This document shows, piece by piece, positions 25,060-38,866 of a stretch of 64,000 nt of DNA. The notes under the pieces are model-generated. The model made no database searches, had not been told where the DNA came from, and was given only the letters and a program-made list of their open reading frames with translations. Source of the DNA: Tubiluchus corallicola (taxonomy: Eukaryota; Animalia; Priapulida); contig JAQGDQ010000171.1 in assembly GCA_030141605.1 (NCBI GenBank), forward strand, positions 124,001 through 188,000, in the 5' to 3' direction. A program made the position numbers and the translations under genes. Within the stretch, counting starts at the first letter, position 1. Every line of letters starts with the position of its first letter.

Positions 25060-25730
25060 GGTTAACATTCAAAATTTCTCCACTTACTTAAAGCTTAAAA
25101 AACTCGTCTTGAAATTTTAAATCGCTTTTTCATGCAGGGCTTGAGTCGGCAGTAACGCTGTATAACACATGTAAATTTAAACTCCCGCGATGACCGTTAG
25201 GCAAACGCATTTTAATGGTAGGTCGTTTGAAACCAGTTTAGATAACATTGTGTGAAGTTTGAAAAAATAATCAGAGCATTCGTAGCACACATGTTGCTAA
25301 CTAAGCAAAATTTTAAATTACTGTATCTTGCCAATAAGATTAAAATACGTTTTGTATAGTTAGTGAGTAGCGCACCCTGGAGGGTGAACCAGCGACATTT
25401 TACCAATTGGCACGAAGGTTTTAAATTATTATTTCTAGTCACATAAGTCTCCAGCAGTTAAGCGAAATGCTAAGTAATACAGATTTGCATGGAAAGTTTT
25501 TTTTGGAACGTAATTTAACATGGCTTTTTCTTCCCCTGATTTACACTTGTGTATGGGACGTCATGTAATGGCGACTTCGAAATACTATTGCGAGAGATTT
25601 AAAATGAAAATAAACTATTTTTAACCCGAGTACGATATATGCATAAAGTAATATGCATATTCTGTAAAGTAATATAATTTTTAAATCTATTTTCTAAAAC
25701 CTGCTTCAAGTACCTCTTTTCTTGTCTTTT
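25060..25730 (-). mobile_element. Family B TTAA transposon, uninterrupted copy
   Basis: Matches 8720-9191 joined to 10243-10429. Serves as the empty-site reference for the solo LTR. Confidence 0.8.
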
Positions 25731-25997
25731 CAGAAGCCTTTACCAGGCAGAGTTTTTTTTCGCCGAAGGGAACTCTTTTGCACTCAAGCCGACGCAGTAG
25801 ATCCTCCTCTAATTTATACTGAGTGTTCACAACTTGAAAATATTGCATGCCTGCCGAACTTTGTCAGGCGATTCTAAAACGCGTTGAAAGGTGAGGGGGT
25901 ATTTGCGTGCAAAGTGGTGATACAAAAATGGATAAAGCCAAAAATCACACAAATGTTCAAGTTTCCTCCACCTTACACGCTGTCGTTATAACTAAAC

Positions 25998-26444
25998 TTA
26001 AAGGCCAAGAAAAGTAAGCCTCAGAAAATTCGGAATAACAAATTATATCACCTAAGTATAATCTTGAGCGAATGAAGTGCTCACGTTTTCGCATTTACTC
26101 CAATTTTTGTAAAATATTTCAATCGCGGTAGTTGGCGCAGACATGTTTCATTTAGTCCGCCAATTGAAAAGCCAGCATGTGACTGATCACGTGGTATGAC
26201 ATCACTCGGACACAGTCGCCGTGAGTTCTGAGCACGTGCACTACAAAGATTTGTGTTGTGGTTCTGTGACGCCATCTAATATGGCGCCGCCGTGACAGTC
26301 TCGCGGGAGTATTTAAAATGAAAACAAACAGAAAATTGTTTTAACGTGAGTATGATAAACGCTTAAGATTGCCTCTAACCGTTATCATTCTTTAACGAAA
26401 ATTTTCTAAGACTTGCTTTAACTAGGGCTTTTGTTGTCCTTTAA
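25998..26444. mobile_element. TTAA-type element sharing one end with family B
   Basis: TIRs TTAAAGGCCAAGAAAAG ... CTTTTGTTGTCCTTTAA. The last ~150 bp resemble the family B end. Confidence 0.7.
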
Positions 26445-26879
26445 GCAGACAACGACGTCAGACAAAATAAATAGATATTCCTTGCTCGGTCTACTGTAAA
26501 AGATAACATAACAGAAGAATTCTTGGAATGTGTCCGTAATTGATGCAATTTATTGCATGTAGATGGCGCTAAACAAGCTGTAGGCAATTTATTTTGAATA
26601 AATTGCGTGTTTTCTGGCTTCTTCATTATGGCTTAAAACCGCCGCAGAGAAATTGAAAAATGTGTAGTACCCGTTAGGACTTTCACACTGTCATCGCTGA
26701 TTAAATTCAAAGAAGGCGATAAATCACTTTATATTATCTTGTCTAGATAGACTAATGTCATTCTTCTCGAATGTTGCACCTTTCCTTAATCTGCATAAAA
26801 CTATCTTAATTTCAGATCAAAATCAATTTGAGCATCTGCGATAAAAAGATCTGAGTATAATTATCTCAAGGTTTTGCTT

Positions 26880-27730
26880 ACAGAAAACAGTGCGGTAGAA
26901 ACATGATAATATAACCTGAAATATGCTGATCAAGTTACGAAGAAATGCGACCAAGGAAGATATCTTTGGAGACAGCAATATTCTAAATCACAATCATTGT
27001 TAAGTCTGTACAATCAATCCCTAATTCAACCAACGAACCATCCATTTTCTACGCTGATTTACCAGGACTGGCTACCTCTCAACGGGGCACTGTTGATCCC
27101 GAAAGGGTACAAACAACACGAATCACTGATCTTACGATTTTCTTTCCAGAATCTCGCTTCTTAATAACACCTGACCTTACCGTCCCATTCCAGAAAAGAT
27201 TTACAAAGCCAGAGATCGTAAACAAACAGATATGCAGCTTTAATATCCAGTCTTGAAAAACAAAATTCTGGGGTGTTGATTGTTCCATTTGAGATCGGCA
27301 GTCGTGGTTTTATTTCTGCCGACAATTACAATTTGCTTTAAATACTGGTGCAATTACAAAAGCGCAATTACAATTGCATCTGAAATGCGAGGAGACTTAA
27401 TGAAACTTGCCATCATCTCATCATATATAATTTTCTACTTTAAATTCTCACCAGACTGGCAAGTTCCATCTTTAACGTCTGTGCCAAACATATAAGAATG
27501 TTCTGTATCTGTATAAATATTAAATAGATTTAATTATTTTTATCATAAATTTATTTACAACTTTTACCTTTTTGATTTCACAGAATACTAGTATTTGTTA
27601 TTTAAGCGTTTATGTAAAATTTGTAATGTATAAGTTAATCTGTGTTTAATGTGTGTTAATACCTGGATGAGTAACATCAATTGGACACTCCTATTTGAGA
27701 CTTTGTGTCTTCTAAATTTCGTAACAAAAA
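26880..27730 (+). mobile_element. Decayed non-LTR retrotransposon 3' end with restriction-like endonuclease (HERO/NeSL-type)
   Basis: Frameshifted translation QGRYLWR..NIL, FYADLPG...TDLTIF...DLTVPF, RYAAL...VPFEIGSRGF matches the RLE motifs GRYTWRH / PD..ELTVPWE / EVGCRGF. Followed by an AT-rich 3' UTR. Confidence 0.8.
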
Positions 27731-27756
27731 ATTATAGCTTACAATAACTGCTGGAA

Positions 27757-27759
27757 GTG

Positions 27760-27803
<44 letters not shown>

Positions 27804-27832
27804 TGTGCGTGCGTGTGTGTGTGTGTGTGTGT
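27757..27832. repeat. (GT)n/(GTGC)n microsatellite
   Basis: Visible. Confidence 0.9.
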
Positions 27833-28994
27833 AGGGTTAAAATCTGCAGCTCAATATGCAGCAATGAAATTCCAAGCATGGTCCTCAAATCTCAATCACA
27901 CATTCACAAACTAATCACTATCATTTTGCCGCCTATTAGCTCTGTGCTTTGATATGCCAGTTATATGTTAAATTACGTTTATATCATATGATTTGATCTT
28001 GTAGAATTGATAATACAGGTATTCTACATAGGGACATTGCTTTTTCAATCATTGCAACACACTATTGCCGCTTCATTTACTATTTAAAATAATATATACT
28101 TCTTTGCAATACTCTGTTACGTAATTCTTTCTAAATTTGCATTACTTTATTTTTTATTGATTTAAATCGAAAATAAATAAATTATATAACAAAATATAAT
28201 AATAACGAATCACCCTTAATATATAATCTGATTTCCACAGCATGCCTCAATTAACACAAACACTAACAATAACTGCGCTACTACAAGGTCAACTGTATAG
28301 TTCTTTACTGTTTAACCAATTTTGAATACTGTTTTGAATAGTACAAATAAATAAGTCCTCACTGAAGCATCCAATTATTTTCCATGAATTTACCTCATAG
28401 TTTACTTATTTGACTGAACTTTACTCAGTTCTTGCCGGCAAAGCTGTTGGGAACTTGTAAACCTATCAATTTCAAATATTTGTTCAAGATTGTGATTTTT
28501 GCGTGCCGCCAAAAGCTGCAGACAAGCTCAACTATCGGGAGAAGAGAAAAATAAATAAACAAGTCGTTGTATAACATTTGTTTGCGTCGAGTTTTAAATT
28601 ACAATTAAACATTTTTATAATGTGGCAAAATGAGAACAAGCAAAATTTTGAAAGAAAACTTACATTTACCTTTTGCTCACTCATGTTTTAACTAGTTTGC
28701 AGCCATCTAGTGTAGCTCCTGGTCACCGTAACGGGTGTTAATAATTACGCGAGTACAATTACAAAAGGTAATCCTAATTTTGATTAATTTAAAAATTAAG
28801 TTAGACAGACTCTGAGACAGCGCCAAAAATGATACAAGGGTGGCTTTTTACACGACTGTAATGAGCCTAACTCAATGCCCCTTCAAAAGACCTTTTGAAG
28901 AGGCTTTGACCTAATTACGATTGTTACCTGGGGCTTGACCTAATCACGATTCTTACTTAACAACGATACTGATTTTTTGACTGATAGATATAAT

Positions 28995-29455
28995 ATATTG
29001 TATTGTATTGTGTTGTATTGTATTGTATTGTGTTGTGTTGTGTTGTGTTGTGTTGTGTTGTGTTGTGTTGTGTTGTGTTGTGTTGTGTAGTGTAGTGTAG
29101 TGTAGTGTAGTGTAGTGTAGTGTAGTGTAGTGTAGTGTAGTGTAGTGTAGTGTAGTGTAGTGTAGTGTAGTGCAGTGCAGTGCAGTGCAGTGCAGTGCAG
29201 TGCAGTGCAGTGCAGTGCAGTGCAGTGCCGTGCCGTGCCGTGCCGTGCCGTGCCGTGCCGTGCCGTGCCGTGCCGTGTCGTGTCGGGTCGGGTCGGGTCG
29301 CGTCGCGTCGCGTCGTGTCGCATCACACTACACCACACCACACACCACACCACACCACACCACACCACACCACACCACACTACACTACGCTACACTACAC
29401 TACACTACATTACATTACATTACATTATATTATATTGTACTATATTATGTTATAT
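28995..29455. repeat. Graded compound pentanucleotide microsatellite, quasi-palindromic
   Basis: TATTG>TGTTG>TGTAG>TGCAG>TGCCG>TGTCG>GGTCG>CGTCG, then CACAC>TACAC>TACAT>TATAT. Confidence 0.95.
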
Positions 29456-29754
29456 TATTTATTTAGATTCATGAATACAAAAAGGTAAATAACACACAAA
29501 GAACATAAAAAAGGGCGTGTACGATAGTAGAGCCAAGGACAGCAGCAGGGAATTAATCCACAAAGAACTACCTGCCTGCAGGCCCATAAAAACAGATATC
29601 TACTTTTTTATACATTCGGCTCTCTACAAATCCGAGGATAATTATCTGAGCAAACAGAGGTAACGTAGCCCCTTTCGGATGCGTGTATATTCCGTATGTA
29701 AACAACTGGAGATAGTATGGAGGTAAAAATCAATTGTCCGGGCACTCAAATCGC

Positions 29755-30005
29755 CAACTGTTTACTGACCAGGCACGCCACTGCTTAACTTCGATCGCTA
29801 AGCATGCACCGCCACCATTCACCTACAGATAATTCGCACATAAACTATAGCAGAACAGCAGAGGTGTCAGTCATAATAAATTGTGTATGCGGTTTCCTTC
29901 AACAAAAAAAACCCACTGACGACAGATATTGCTGAGAAGCTTTTTCCAGCAGTTACCCGCACATTTGCTAAACTGGCCGGGCGCTGCTTAACTTCGTGGT
30001 CAAGT
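29755..30005 (-). mobile_element. Two 5S rRNA-derived fragments (SINE3-like or 5S pseudogenes)
   Basis: Minus strand GAAGTTAAGCAGTGGCGTGCCTGGTCAGTA and GAAGTTAAGCAGCGCCCGGCCAGTTTAGCAAATGTGCGGGTAACTGCTGG resemble the 5S internal control region (A box, intermediate element, C box). Confidence 0.6.
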
Positions 30006-30189
30006 AGTGCGTCATTGCGTGTACGCATATGAGCTAGAAAAAAGAAACCGGAAAGAAGCTTTACATGCACTGCACCTTGCCCATCATAAATATGGTTTCC
30101 ACGTATTTCAATGTGCGCCATTAGTTATTATTACTGTTAGCAAAAATAACTTCTCTGCCCACTCACAACGGGTGTCCGGCTTTCTCAGC

Positions 30190-30458
30190 ATCATCTGAGC
30201 ATGCGCTCAAGTCACTAGTGGAGAGAAGTTTATCATGCATTGCACGGAATCTATGCAGTTGTAACACGGGCAATAAGTTTCGCGACAAACCGTGTAATTG
30301 CGTTTTCTTCGGTGAGTTTCAATCAGAGACTAAGATTTGACGTAAATATAGAGAAAAACATTTAGTTAGTGAAACTGTAAGCTGCATTGACAGTAATGGT
30401 CTAGTTTTAGCGAGGAAAGAAGCCATTCGAGATGCGAATAACCATCGTCCAGGTAAGA
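30190..30458 (+). promoter_or_regulatory. Promoter/first-exon-like region with two consensus donors
   Basis: GCATGCGC motif at ~30199. Donors TCG|GTGAGT (30312) and CAG|GTAAGA (30453). Confidence 0.3.
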
Positions 30459-31089
30459 ACCTTAAAATAATTTTCCTTGCTGCGATTATAGCAAGTAACC
30501 AGAAATACATTGAATTGAAATTTATTGAGGAACAGGGATAAAGCATATTAATAATACATTGCTTACAAAGTTGTAAAGAGTTAACCTTAATTAAGAACAA
30601 TATTGGTAACGAAGAGTCTAGATGGTCACACAGATAAAAACACAAGCTTACAATGAAAGATGTGATTACAAATTTTAGATAAAAATTAATTCAAGTATCA
30701 TATTCCTTTCTATTTCCGCTACTGCAGTTATAGTGTTGATCGCATTGTTAGAATTAAAAATGTCACATAAGGAATTAAAGTTAATAATAGTATACTAGTT
30801 TCTATTAGCATATGACATATACATAATACATGACACACGAACAAATTCATAACTCGTGATGTTCAGACACGTGATGTTCGGATTTGCATTACATACACAA
30901 GTTCTTTGTTCCATAGGTAACTATACAAATACATTACGTGTGAAGGCAGTTAAACTTAAGTTCTCAACTGGAGTACATTGTGCATATGAATTTTGTACAC
31001 TGACTAATGTGAAACAATGGGCTTTAGCCTTTAGTAGTATATGTTAAACAATCAGGTAGTATGGATACTTTTTTCTGCTCCTTTATTAA

Positions 31090-31870
31090 CCCTTAGCCTA
31101 CCAAGGTGGGGTAAAAAATTACCCCAGCTGTGTTTGTTCACATTTTTATATTGATGCTTATAACCAAAAAATTATCAAACTAGTATTGATTAAATATTTT
31201 TCAATTTGTTATGCAACCATACCTTGGTTTTGTTGAAAACTATTATTCGTACTTTTTTACAAAGCACGGGTGCGAGATACTACCTCACGTGGAGTAACTT
31301 CTTTCACCCCTTGGTCCTTTATGTAGGCAAAACTTTTGAGTTTTCGTAATAATATTTTTCTTTCTGGCAGCACCTTGACAACAAAGAGGTGCCGCAAACC
31401 TCCCAATTGCAGCCTGTAGTTCTGCAAAGTGATTTTTCAAAGGATCAGCTGAAGAAATTTCATATTAATCTTGTGGACATTTTTCATTTAGTCGTTTAGT
31501 GGAAAGTTTTGCTATACAGTTGGCTAAGATTGGAGCTGATAAAGATGAAATTTTAAAAGATCCGGCAAGAGAAGATGAAGTGGATGTCTCAGAATTAAAC
31601 GGTAAACACCATTAGTCTATTATGTTACAATACTTGATAAGCCAAGCATAAATAATATAGCATAAACAATATAGTGCAATGGTGGAAAGCCTGTTTTTAT
31701 CCTTCCTACCTCATATATCTATGCCAACTTGCCACAGAAATTGGTTTTGTCCTGATAGAAGCACCTCATTTAACAGTTGGTCAGTCTATCCAGTTAGTAA
31801 TACATATTAAGCAAAATTCTCAACCGCTTAGTTCTTATTGTAATATAAAAACTCCTTGATCGGCTAAGGC
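31090..31870. mobile_element. piggyBac-like non-autonomous element
   Basis: Left end TTAA-CCCTTAGCC, degenerate right end GGCTAAGG, subterminal palindrome GGGGTAAAAAATTACCCC. Confidence 0.5.
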
Positions 31871-32469
31871 AAAATAGGAGAGGAAAAAGCAGTGTCTGCA
31901 CCACTACTTGGTATTTTTAATAAAGCCTGAAGTTCATTGTCCGGCATTAGCCAGTGTAACACTTTAGCTCATTTTACCACATATGTTTATTCGGCTATTT
32001 TGTCACTATTTTGTATTGTCATGCACGCTGCCCTTTAGAGATACTTTTGTGGGATGTCTTTGCCTTGCCGGAAACCTAGAATTGAGTTTCTGGACCTAGG
32101 TATTTATGTTAACTCGTTTTATTGTATAATTAATAAATGATTATCTCCCGACTTTACTAATTATTTTCTAGTTGGTTTCTATTAATTTTTCAGCAGTGAC
32201 CCTTGACTACTGAACGTTGACTTTTCACTAGACTGTTCGCCGTTGTCAGAGAAAGTTTTTGTTCTATGATAAATCAAAGTCTGTAAGAAGTTCTGATCAA
32301 ACTGTTGCAGATCTTAGCACTACATTGTGAAACTATAGAGGAGCCATAGGAACGAAAAATAATATATTATAAGCAACGCATGAACTTTTGTGGCCACGAG
32401 CTCAACGGTCCCCGAACTTTAAAAATTGTTTTGTTGATTTGTTTGTAAGTTTGTTTATTTGTTTATTTA

Positions 32470-32613
32470 CTTATTCATTCATTCGTTCGTTTATTCGTTC
32501 GTTCGTTCACTCATTCGTTCACTCATTCGTTCATTCATTCATTCATTCATTCATTCATTCATTCATTCATTCATTCATTCATTCATTCATTCATTCATTC
32601 ATTCATTCATTCA
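32470..32613. repeat. (ATTC)n microsatellite
   Basis: Visible. Confidence 0.95.
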
Positions 32614-33489
32614 TTTACACACTTATTTGGTTGCTACTAGGCACACAGACATAGCTTTACAAATAATTATTACAATTAAATGCATTTATATTACATCGAT
32701 ATTGCATAATATAAAAAAGCCGAGGGCATAACTTACACGACTCAAAAAATAGTACGAGCTAAAATGTATTAAAAATTAAACCAGTAGCAGATACATACGA
32801 AAATAAGATCAACGTTTGAAATATTGATATTTATAAAAGCACCGAGCATCCTATAACTTGTTGTTCGAATGTAACTTTTGCCAAGTGCTCTGAGTACTAT
32901 TTAAACCGCTTCTAAAAACTTTTACGAGGCAACCCAGTTCCTGTGCCGTCTGACCAATACCAGCAATTTTTGGCTGCAACTCTGTTATAAACTTAATAAA
33001 TTAAATGATTGAACGGAAATTACGTTGTAACTGAAATGCAGGGAATCCCGCAAAGGAAGTAATTGATTAAATGCTTCACAATTCTGCACTGCTTCCCAAC
33101 CGTTAACGAAGATCAACTGAAGATGACGGTGACAACGACAATGGTCAACAGCTTCAGCCACGCAGCCACGCTATGCATCAAACATCGCCATCATTCATCG
33201 CCATTGCTGTCACGACTGTGACTATCCACCAGTCACTGCTCCCAAAACACCACCAGCAACAATAACGAGGCGAAGACAACAACAACATTCTTGTCTGGTG
33301 CGAAATTGTCGTTGCCTTAATTAAATAATTAAACTTATTCAAATTATCAAATACCGAGTACATATTACAATACGTATTACTACATTAGCCAACTATGTGA
33401 TATAACTTAAATGATATAACATTTTTAGTCTAGCAAAAATTCTTGCAATCTTCTTCATCACAATCATTACCTTCATTAAACAAGGTCAT

Positions 33490-33660
33490 TATTATCAACA
33501 TCAACATCATCATCGTCATCATCATCATCATCATCATTATTATTATCGTCGTCGTCGTCGTCGTCATCATCTTCATCATCATCATCATTATCGTAACCAG
33601 CACCATCAACATCATCATTATCATTATCATCACCATCACCATCATCATCATCATCGTCGT
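33490..33660. repeat. (CAT)n-rich microsatellite
   Basis: Visible. Confidence 0.9.
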
Positions 33661-34654
33661 CACTCGCAAGCGCGGCTTATCAAAATTAGTTGCTTGTTTC
33701 TTCACCAAATCCCGCTAACTTTGCTAAAGTAAATATTTTGTTTCCAGTCATTGAGAGTTTAAAAAACCCAGACTTGATCAATTTCCTGCAGTATTACTAT
33801 AATGCACATCTTAACGGCCACGTTACCATTTTGCAACAGACAATTTTGCATCGTAAATGATGCCAATAAGCCATAAAATATGCAAATTAAATAACATTTT
33901 CCATGCAGTAAGCCATGGTTTAGGTGTATCACCAATATTGTCTCTTAAAGGAAGCAGTTTATTAGTACGTGAGCTTGACGAACTGAGTCGAGCTCAACTG
34001 ATGCCATCAAAAATGGATAATATTCCAAAGCATAGGCGTAACAGTAATGACATTTGTATTGATACGTGTGTGAAATATTCATCACGTGTAATGCAAAACT
34101 AGCTGCACCTTTCTCAGTGGGAGTCTGTTTAACGGGGGACAATAAACTTTTGAGATAAGAAGCGATCCAACTGATGAAAAAGAATATAAATAATTATCGG
34201 GATGCAATCACATCAATGACATCAATATTTGGTTAGGCTACGTTAAGGGAAATATGCATATATGTACTATCTTTATTCGCATATTGTCACATATATGCTT
34301 TCTCAAATAAATACAAATAATACAATATTATTACAATTGATGATACAATACAATGGGTTAATATATAAAATAATTAATTAGTCTGCAACGTTAGTAATAT
34401 GTTTTTAATTTCATTGAGGGTGAAGCCGGGAATTTCTATTTCGTTGAGCAAAATAGCTCATTGGCAACTTTATCATGGGATGAGAGTCGATATATTTTGT
34501 AATATGGGCTGCTGTACATAAGTATTCGGTTTTCCCGAGCGTAGTAATACTAGTAAAACAGAATTATCAGCGTTCGTTTAGCAAAGAAGTTCACAAGTGG
34601 CTTTATATTGGCAATACATATCGTCATGGTGAGATGTGCAGTTCTCGGTATTTC

Positions 34655-35133
34655 AAATGACAAGTTACCTGACATCTTGGGTTTATTGTACTGTTATCAC
34701 TTAAATTAGAAAAATATAACAAAGAAATTTGACCGAAAACTGGCTATAAAGCACAAGGTTAATTTATACTGCTGCTGTAGTACGCGATGGCCGCCGTCAT
34801 TCACTTGAAAATTATGACGTGACTGGTGGAGTTCGTGACTTTTCGTAAGTGCATCGGGGCTTTTCGTGAGCGCCTGCGGCTTAAACTAATTCAAGCTTCT
34901 GCAGCTCGTCTAATGTTCATGCAAAAATATCACAAAACTTGCTACCTAATTTTTTGTAAAAACTTATTATACTTTTGAACCAACGAATGACGTCATTGGT
35001 GGAAGAATGGGTGTTCAAGGTGGGAGCGTCCAAGTGTGAAATGATCGCGAATACTAGACGCTTATCACTGAATCATTCTAAAATTTCACGAACATTAAAA
35101 TAAGCCTAATTTGCCAGAAGGTTTGGCCTTTAA
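34655..35133 (-). mobile_element. Family A TTAA transposon, diverged inverted copy
   Basis: Reverse complement of family A. Ends AGAAGGTTTGGCCTTTAA. Confidence 0.75.
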
Positions 35134-36354
35134 AACTGCGTTAAAATAGCTCTAAAGTCTCCAACACGCCGTGTGATGAACTTCTGGTCAAGAGTAAGCT
35201 CGTAAACGAGGCTGCTAAAACGTCCAGACCTAATCAGAAGCAAATATGATAGTTTTGCTTTCATATGACAGAGAACTTGACAACAACTATGATAATGATG
35301 GTGAAGCTGACCGGAAACGACTATGATAACGGTGATTAAGTTTACAATATTTTACTTCTTACGCTAAAATTCTATTATACAAGCTTGATTAAGTCATATA
35401 GCATGATACACGCTCACGATACGTGTTATGAAGACTACGAAGAGTTATGAATTAGTAAAAAAAAGAATGAATTATTGAAACATTGCGTTATTTTATGAAC
35501 TTGTTGTCATTTCGAAAAAAGACAAAGGACTTCATTAGCCTTTATACGCTATTAATTATGAAACGCACGAATATTATTTTATTTAAAAATTTGTCCTCAT
35601 TAACATGTATTTTTGAAAAACCAAAATTGCCTTAATTTGAATTAAACGCAACCTAAATTAATGAAAAAAATAGAACAAGGCTTTAGAACAAGTCACTCCG
35701 GTTAAAATAGTGCACTCTAACACTGTTACCAAAGAAACAAGTTAATTCTTTAATTTTTTACCTATTGTTACAACAAAACGTATTATTTATAGATAGTTTT
35801 TACAACCTTTACCGCGTTTGCCCGAAATTTACTAGTGTTTCATCATCTGATCCCCTGACTAAACATAATATTTGTCCAATTTCTGTTTTCGCTTCAACTG
35901 ACTGACCATTTTGCTTACTGATCACCCGATACGAACAGCTTCAGACGATTCCCAATAGGATTAGAGCCAGTGAGCACGAAAATAAACAAAAACACAACAC
36001 AAACAGTTCGATCAATGCGCCAAATTCTTTCACAAGGTTGCGTAGTTGTCCTGGATGGATGCCCTGTGGCGTGATTGTTTGTTTGTAATTTTCATCCAAC
36101 AGCCAGAAAAGTCAACGTCAACGTTGTTATTTATAATTGTGCGGTTATATTAATGCTAAACGGTAATGAATTTCAACTGTCAAACAAACTAATACTTTCT
36201 GATAGCAAAGTGACCTTTCAATGTGAAATTAAAGACAATAAGCCTTTTCACAGTTACAGCGATTGATGATGATCGTGAAAAGGTCAAAGGTTAAGTGTAC
36301 CTGACAACGCATTTGTGTACACTTGACAACGCCTCGCATCCCATGCTATTGTAA

Positions 36355-36520
36355 TAGACGCCATTTAAGATGGATTGCGCATATGCTTAAACTACCTGAT
36401 GATATTCCAGTGAAGATAGCTCTTCAACAAGCCATAGAACCAGCTAAAAGACCTGCAGGAGGACAAAGGTTAACATATTTAGATTTTGCACAGAAACACT
36501 TAAACACGTCAACACTGAGC
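36355..36520 (+). mobile_element. RTE-clade LINE C-terminal fragment
   Basis: RRHLRWIAHMLKLPDDIPVKIAL...KRPAGGQRLTY matches the RTE motif RRLRWLGHV.RM...KRPRGRPR.TW. Confidence 0.75.
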
Positions 36521-36689
36521 CTGAGAGATAAATGCAATAGGGAGGTGAACAGAATCATGTCACGGGGCGTATGAGTCATTGGATGATGGAGAATGTAATA
36601 GTAATTATGAAAAGAGACAAATACTATAGAACCTTATCTAATTCATTTTAGATGTATTCATGTATTCAGTGTTATGCATTTTAGCTCCT

Positions 36690-37280
36690 TTCTGGGGCGC
36701 ATAGAAGTCCCGATTTAAAACTCCAGATGCTCATCTAACTTACAATACCTATATACTTATGATGCCAAAAATTTGAATAACTCACGGCTCTAGGAGGAGT
36801 TGAATGGCAATAAAAAAAAACTGGCCAATGTCCAGTGTAACTTTCAAAGCTCCTACCCCAGGTGTCTAACCTGAAAGTTTCGTGAGTCTAGCGCATTGCG
36901 TTTGCGAATTTACATTAATTAAAACTGATTACTTAATTACATATCTAATTGTACATTATCTAAGTACTTATAAAAAATTTGAATTTAACTCGAAGGAATA
37001 GGAAGACTTGAAAGGGAATCGAAAAACTGGCCGATGTCCCAGTGTCCTTGACCCTTTGACAGAGGTCACCATTCGCCACATCACTTCCGAGGCCCCTCCA
37101 CAGCTGTCTATGTCGTAAGTTTCGCGACTCTAGCCCCCTGCGGTGGAAAACTGGGCGCCTAATATAAATTGAAAAATCAAAATCCTTGCGCGAGTTCGCG
37201 TTGTAGATCCTCTCGCCTATAATCTCTGGTCTATAAAAATCACTCGGTCTATGTTCCAAAGTATTCAAACTGTTCATTCA
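36690..37280 (+). repeat. Interspersed repeat with ~150-200-bp internal subrepeats (Helitron/Helentron-like non-autonomous element?)
   Basis: Recurring AAGTTTCGYGASTCTAGC motif at ~36876 and ~37116. Class assignment is inference. Confidence 0.3.
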
Positions 37281-37616
37281 CATGGCTTTTAAAAACTGTT
37301 GAAAAGCTCATGCTTTTTCAAAACGATAGCTTAAGCCTCATGCATAGTATTTGTGTAGGCTATACTGACGTGTTTTTTCTTCGTAAATGGCGACCAATGA
37401 GTCCCATTTGCGCCTTTCGTCGAGTAATGAAGATTAATCGTCACCTAATTATTATACAATGAATTAGCCGCTAATTAAATTTTTCAAGTTTTCGTAGCTT
37501 TCTTGAATATTTAACGACGGAACACCAAGAGATGATGTAAACTGCATGTAAAAGTTCATCGATCAAATCGACTTTCTTGACAAGACGGAATACACGAATG
37601 AATTTTCCCTGCTGCA

Positions 37617-37665
37617 AAGTTAAGCAACGCCGGGCCGGGCTAGTGAATGTATGGGATTGCCGATA
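37617..37665 (+). mobile_element. 5S rRNA-derived fragment
   Basis: AAGTTAAGCAACGCCGGGCCGGGCTAGTGAATGTATGGGA resembles the 5S internal control region. Confidence 0.55.
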
Positions 37666-37937
37666 GAAATAATTCTTTCATTCAAATACATACGTTTGCG
37701 TAGTATTATTTTTTTTCTTTGTTAAATCTTTCTCTGTATAATGCGCTCAATATCAACAAATCCAATATAATCTGTGTACAACTGTACATCGAAGCGTGGC
37801 TAAACAACCGCTGTTAATTCAGTGACTGATCGTAGAGGACTGATTTTGTTAACTGAAAAAACTTTCGGTCCTGCCACAATCAACAGTATATAGGATATAT
37901 ATGGTTATCAGGGTTTTCAAATTCTTATTTGATCTGT

Positions 37938-38146
37938 GGGGGTGCAGCTCAATGATAGCGTGCTCGCTTCTCAACCAGGAGCTCGCGGGTTCAACTCCCG
38001 AACCGAGTTATACCATTTACTTAAGAAGTAGCACCGCTGGTTCTTCGACCAAGCACGTGGCCTTATCGAAGTAACCAGACCACCTTGGAAATAAGTATTG
38101 AGTTATTAAAGGTGTTAACCTTGGACGAAATTGTTATTATTATTAT
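37938..38146 (+). mobile_element. tRNA-derived SINE with (TTA)n tail
   Basis: A box GCAGCTCAATGATAG and B box GGTTCAACTCCC. Body shared with 60758-60987 (GGTTCTTCGACCAAGC, CTTGGAAATAAGTATTGAG). Confidence 0.8.
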
Positions 38147-38752
38147 CAAGGTTAAGGGGTACAGGAAGAATACGAAGATATGAACGTGTGTTCAGAGAAA
38201 TGTTATTTGTGTAACTTGTTAGTAACAGAAGGTACCTGTTGGTGTCCTTCTTCAATCGAGGAAAGTCAAGGAACCAATTTTCTATTAAAGAATTCCACAG
38301 ATAAGAAGTCGGAAGGAAAACTGGAATTATATAATGTATAATATAATAATGTTATTTATTGCAATTAATGTACATAAACTGTACTGTACAAGATAAAGAT
38401 ACATATACATTTATAAGCAGGTGTTCTACGTCGGCGAATATCCAGGCCACACTCAAACCTCATTCCATAAAGTCCTTTCGAAAGTCAAGAAATGGCTTTC
38501 TTTTCTACGACATCTTTGATTGCTCTTCTATTGTCACTCAATTCTAGAGTGCAGAAATTTCGTCAACAGCAGTTCTATTTTACTTTCCGAGTGTGCTTAA
38601 ATTAAAAGCTCGTGAAAGTGGACGGAAGCACTGGGGAATTGCAGCAGTAGGACCAGTGCATTTAGAAACTGACGAGTTGACGAGTTGACGTCTACATAAC
38701 TCAATTGTCGAATAAAAGTTAGACGTTGAATTAAGTGCTGAAAGCAGGCGGA

Positions 38753-38866
38753 ATGATTGTTATAGAATTGCTCTGGTTTTTAGCTACTCTATGCACCGGT
38801 AATGCAGGAAAATCGTCAGTGCTGAACGAAGTAGCCTTGCGTAGACTGTTTAGTTTCGGACGAATT
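38753..38866 (+). CDS. Candidate first coding exon of a secreted protein or peptide precursor
   Basis: MIVIELLWFLATLCTGNA-GKSSVLNEVALRRLFSFGRI, then a GTAAGT donor at 38867. Signal-peptide-like N-terminus. Confidence 0.35.
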
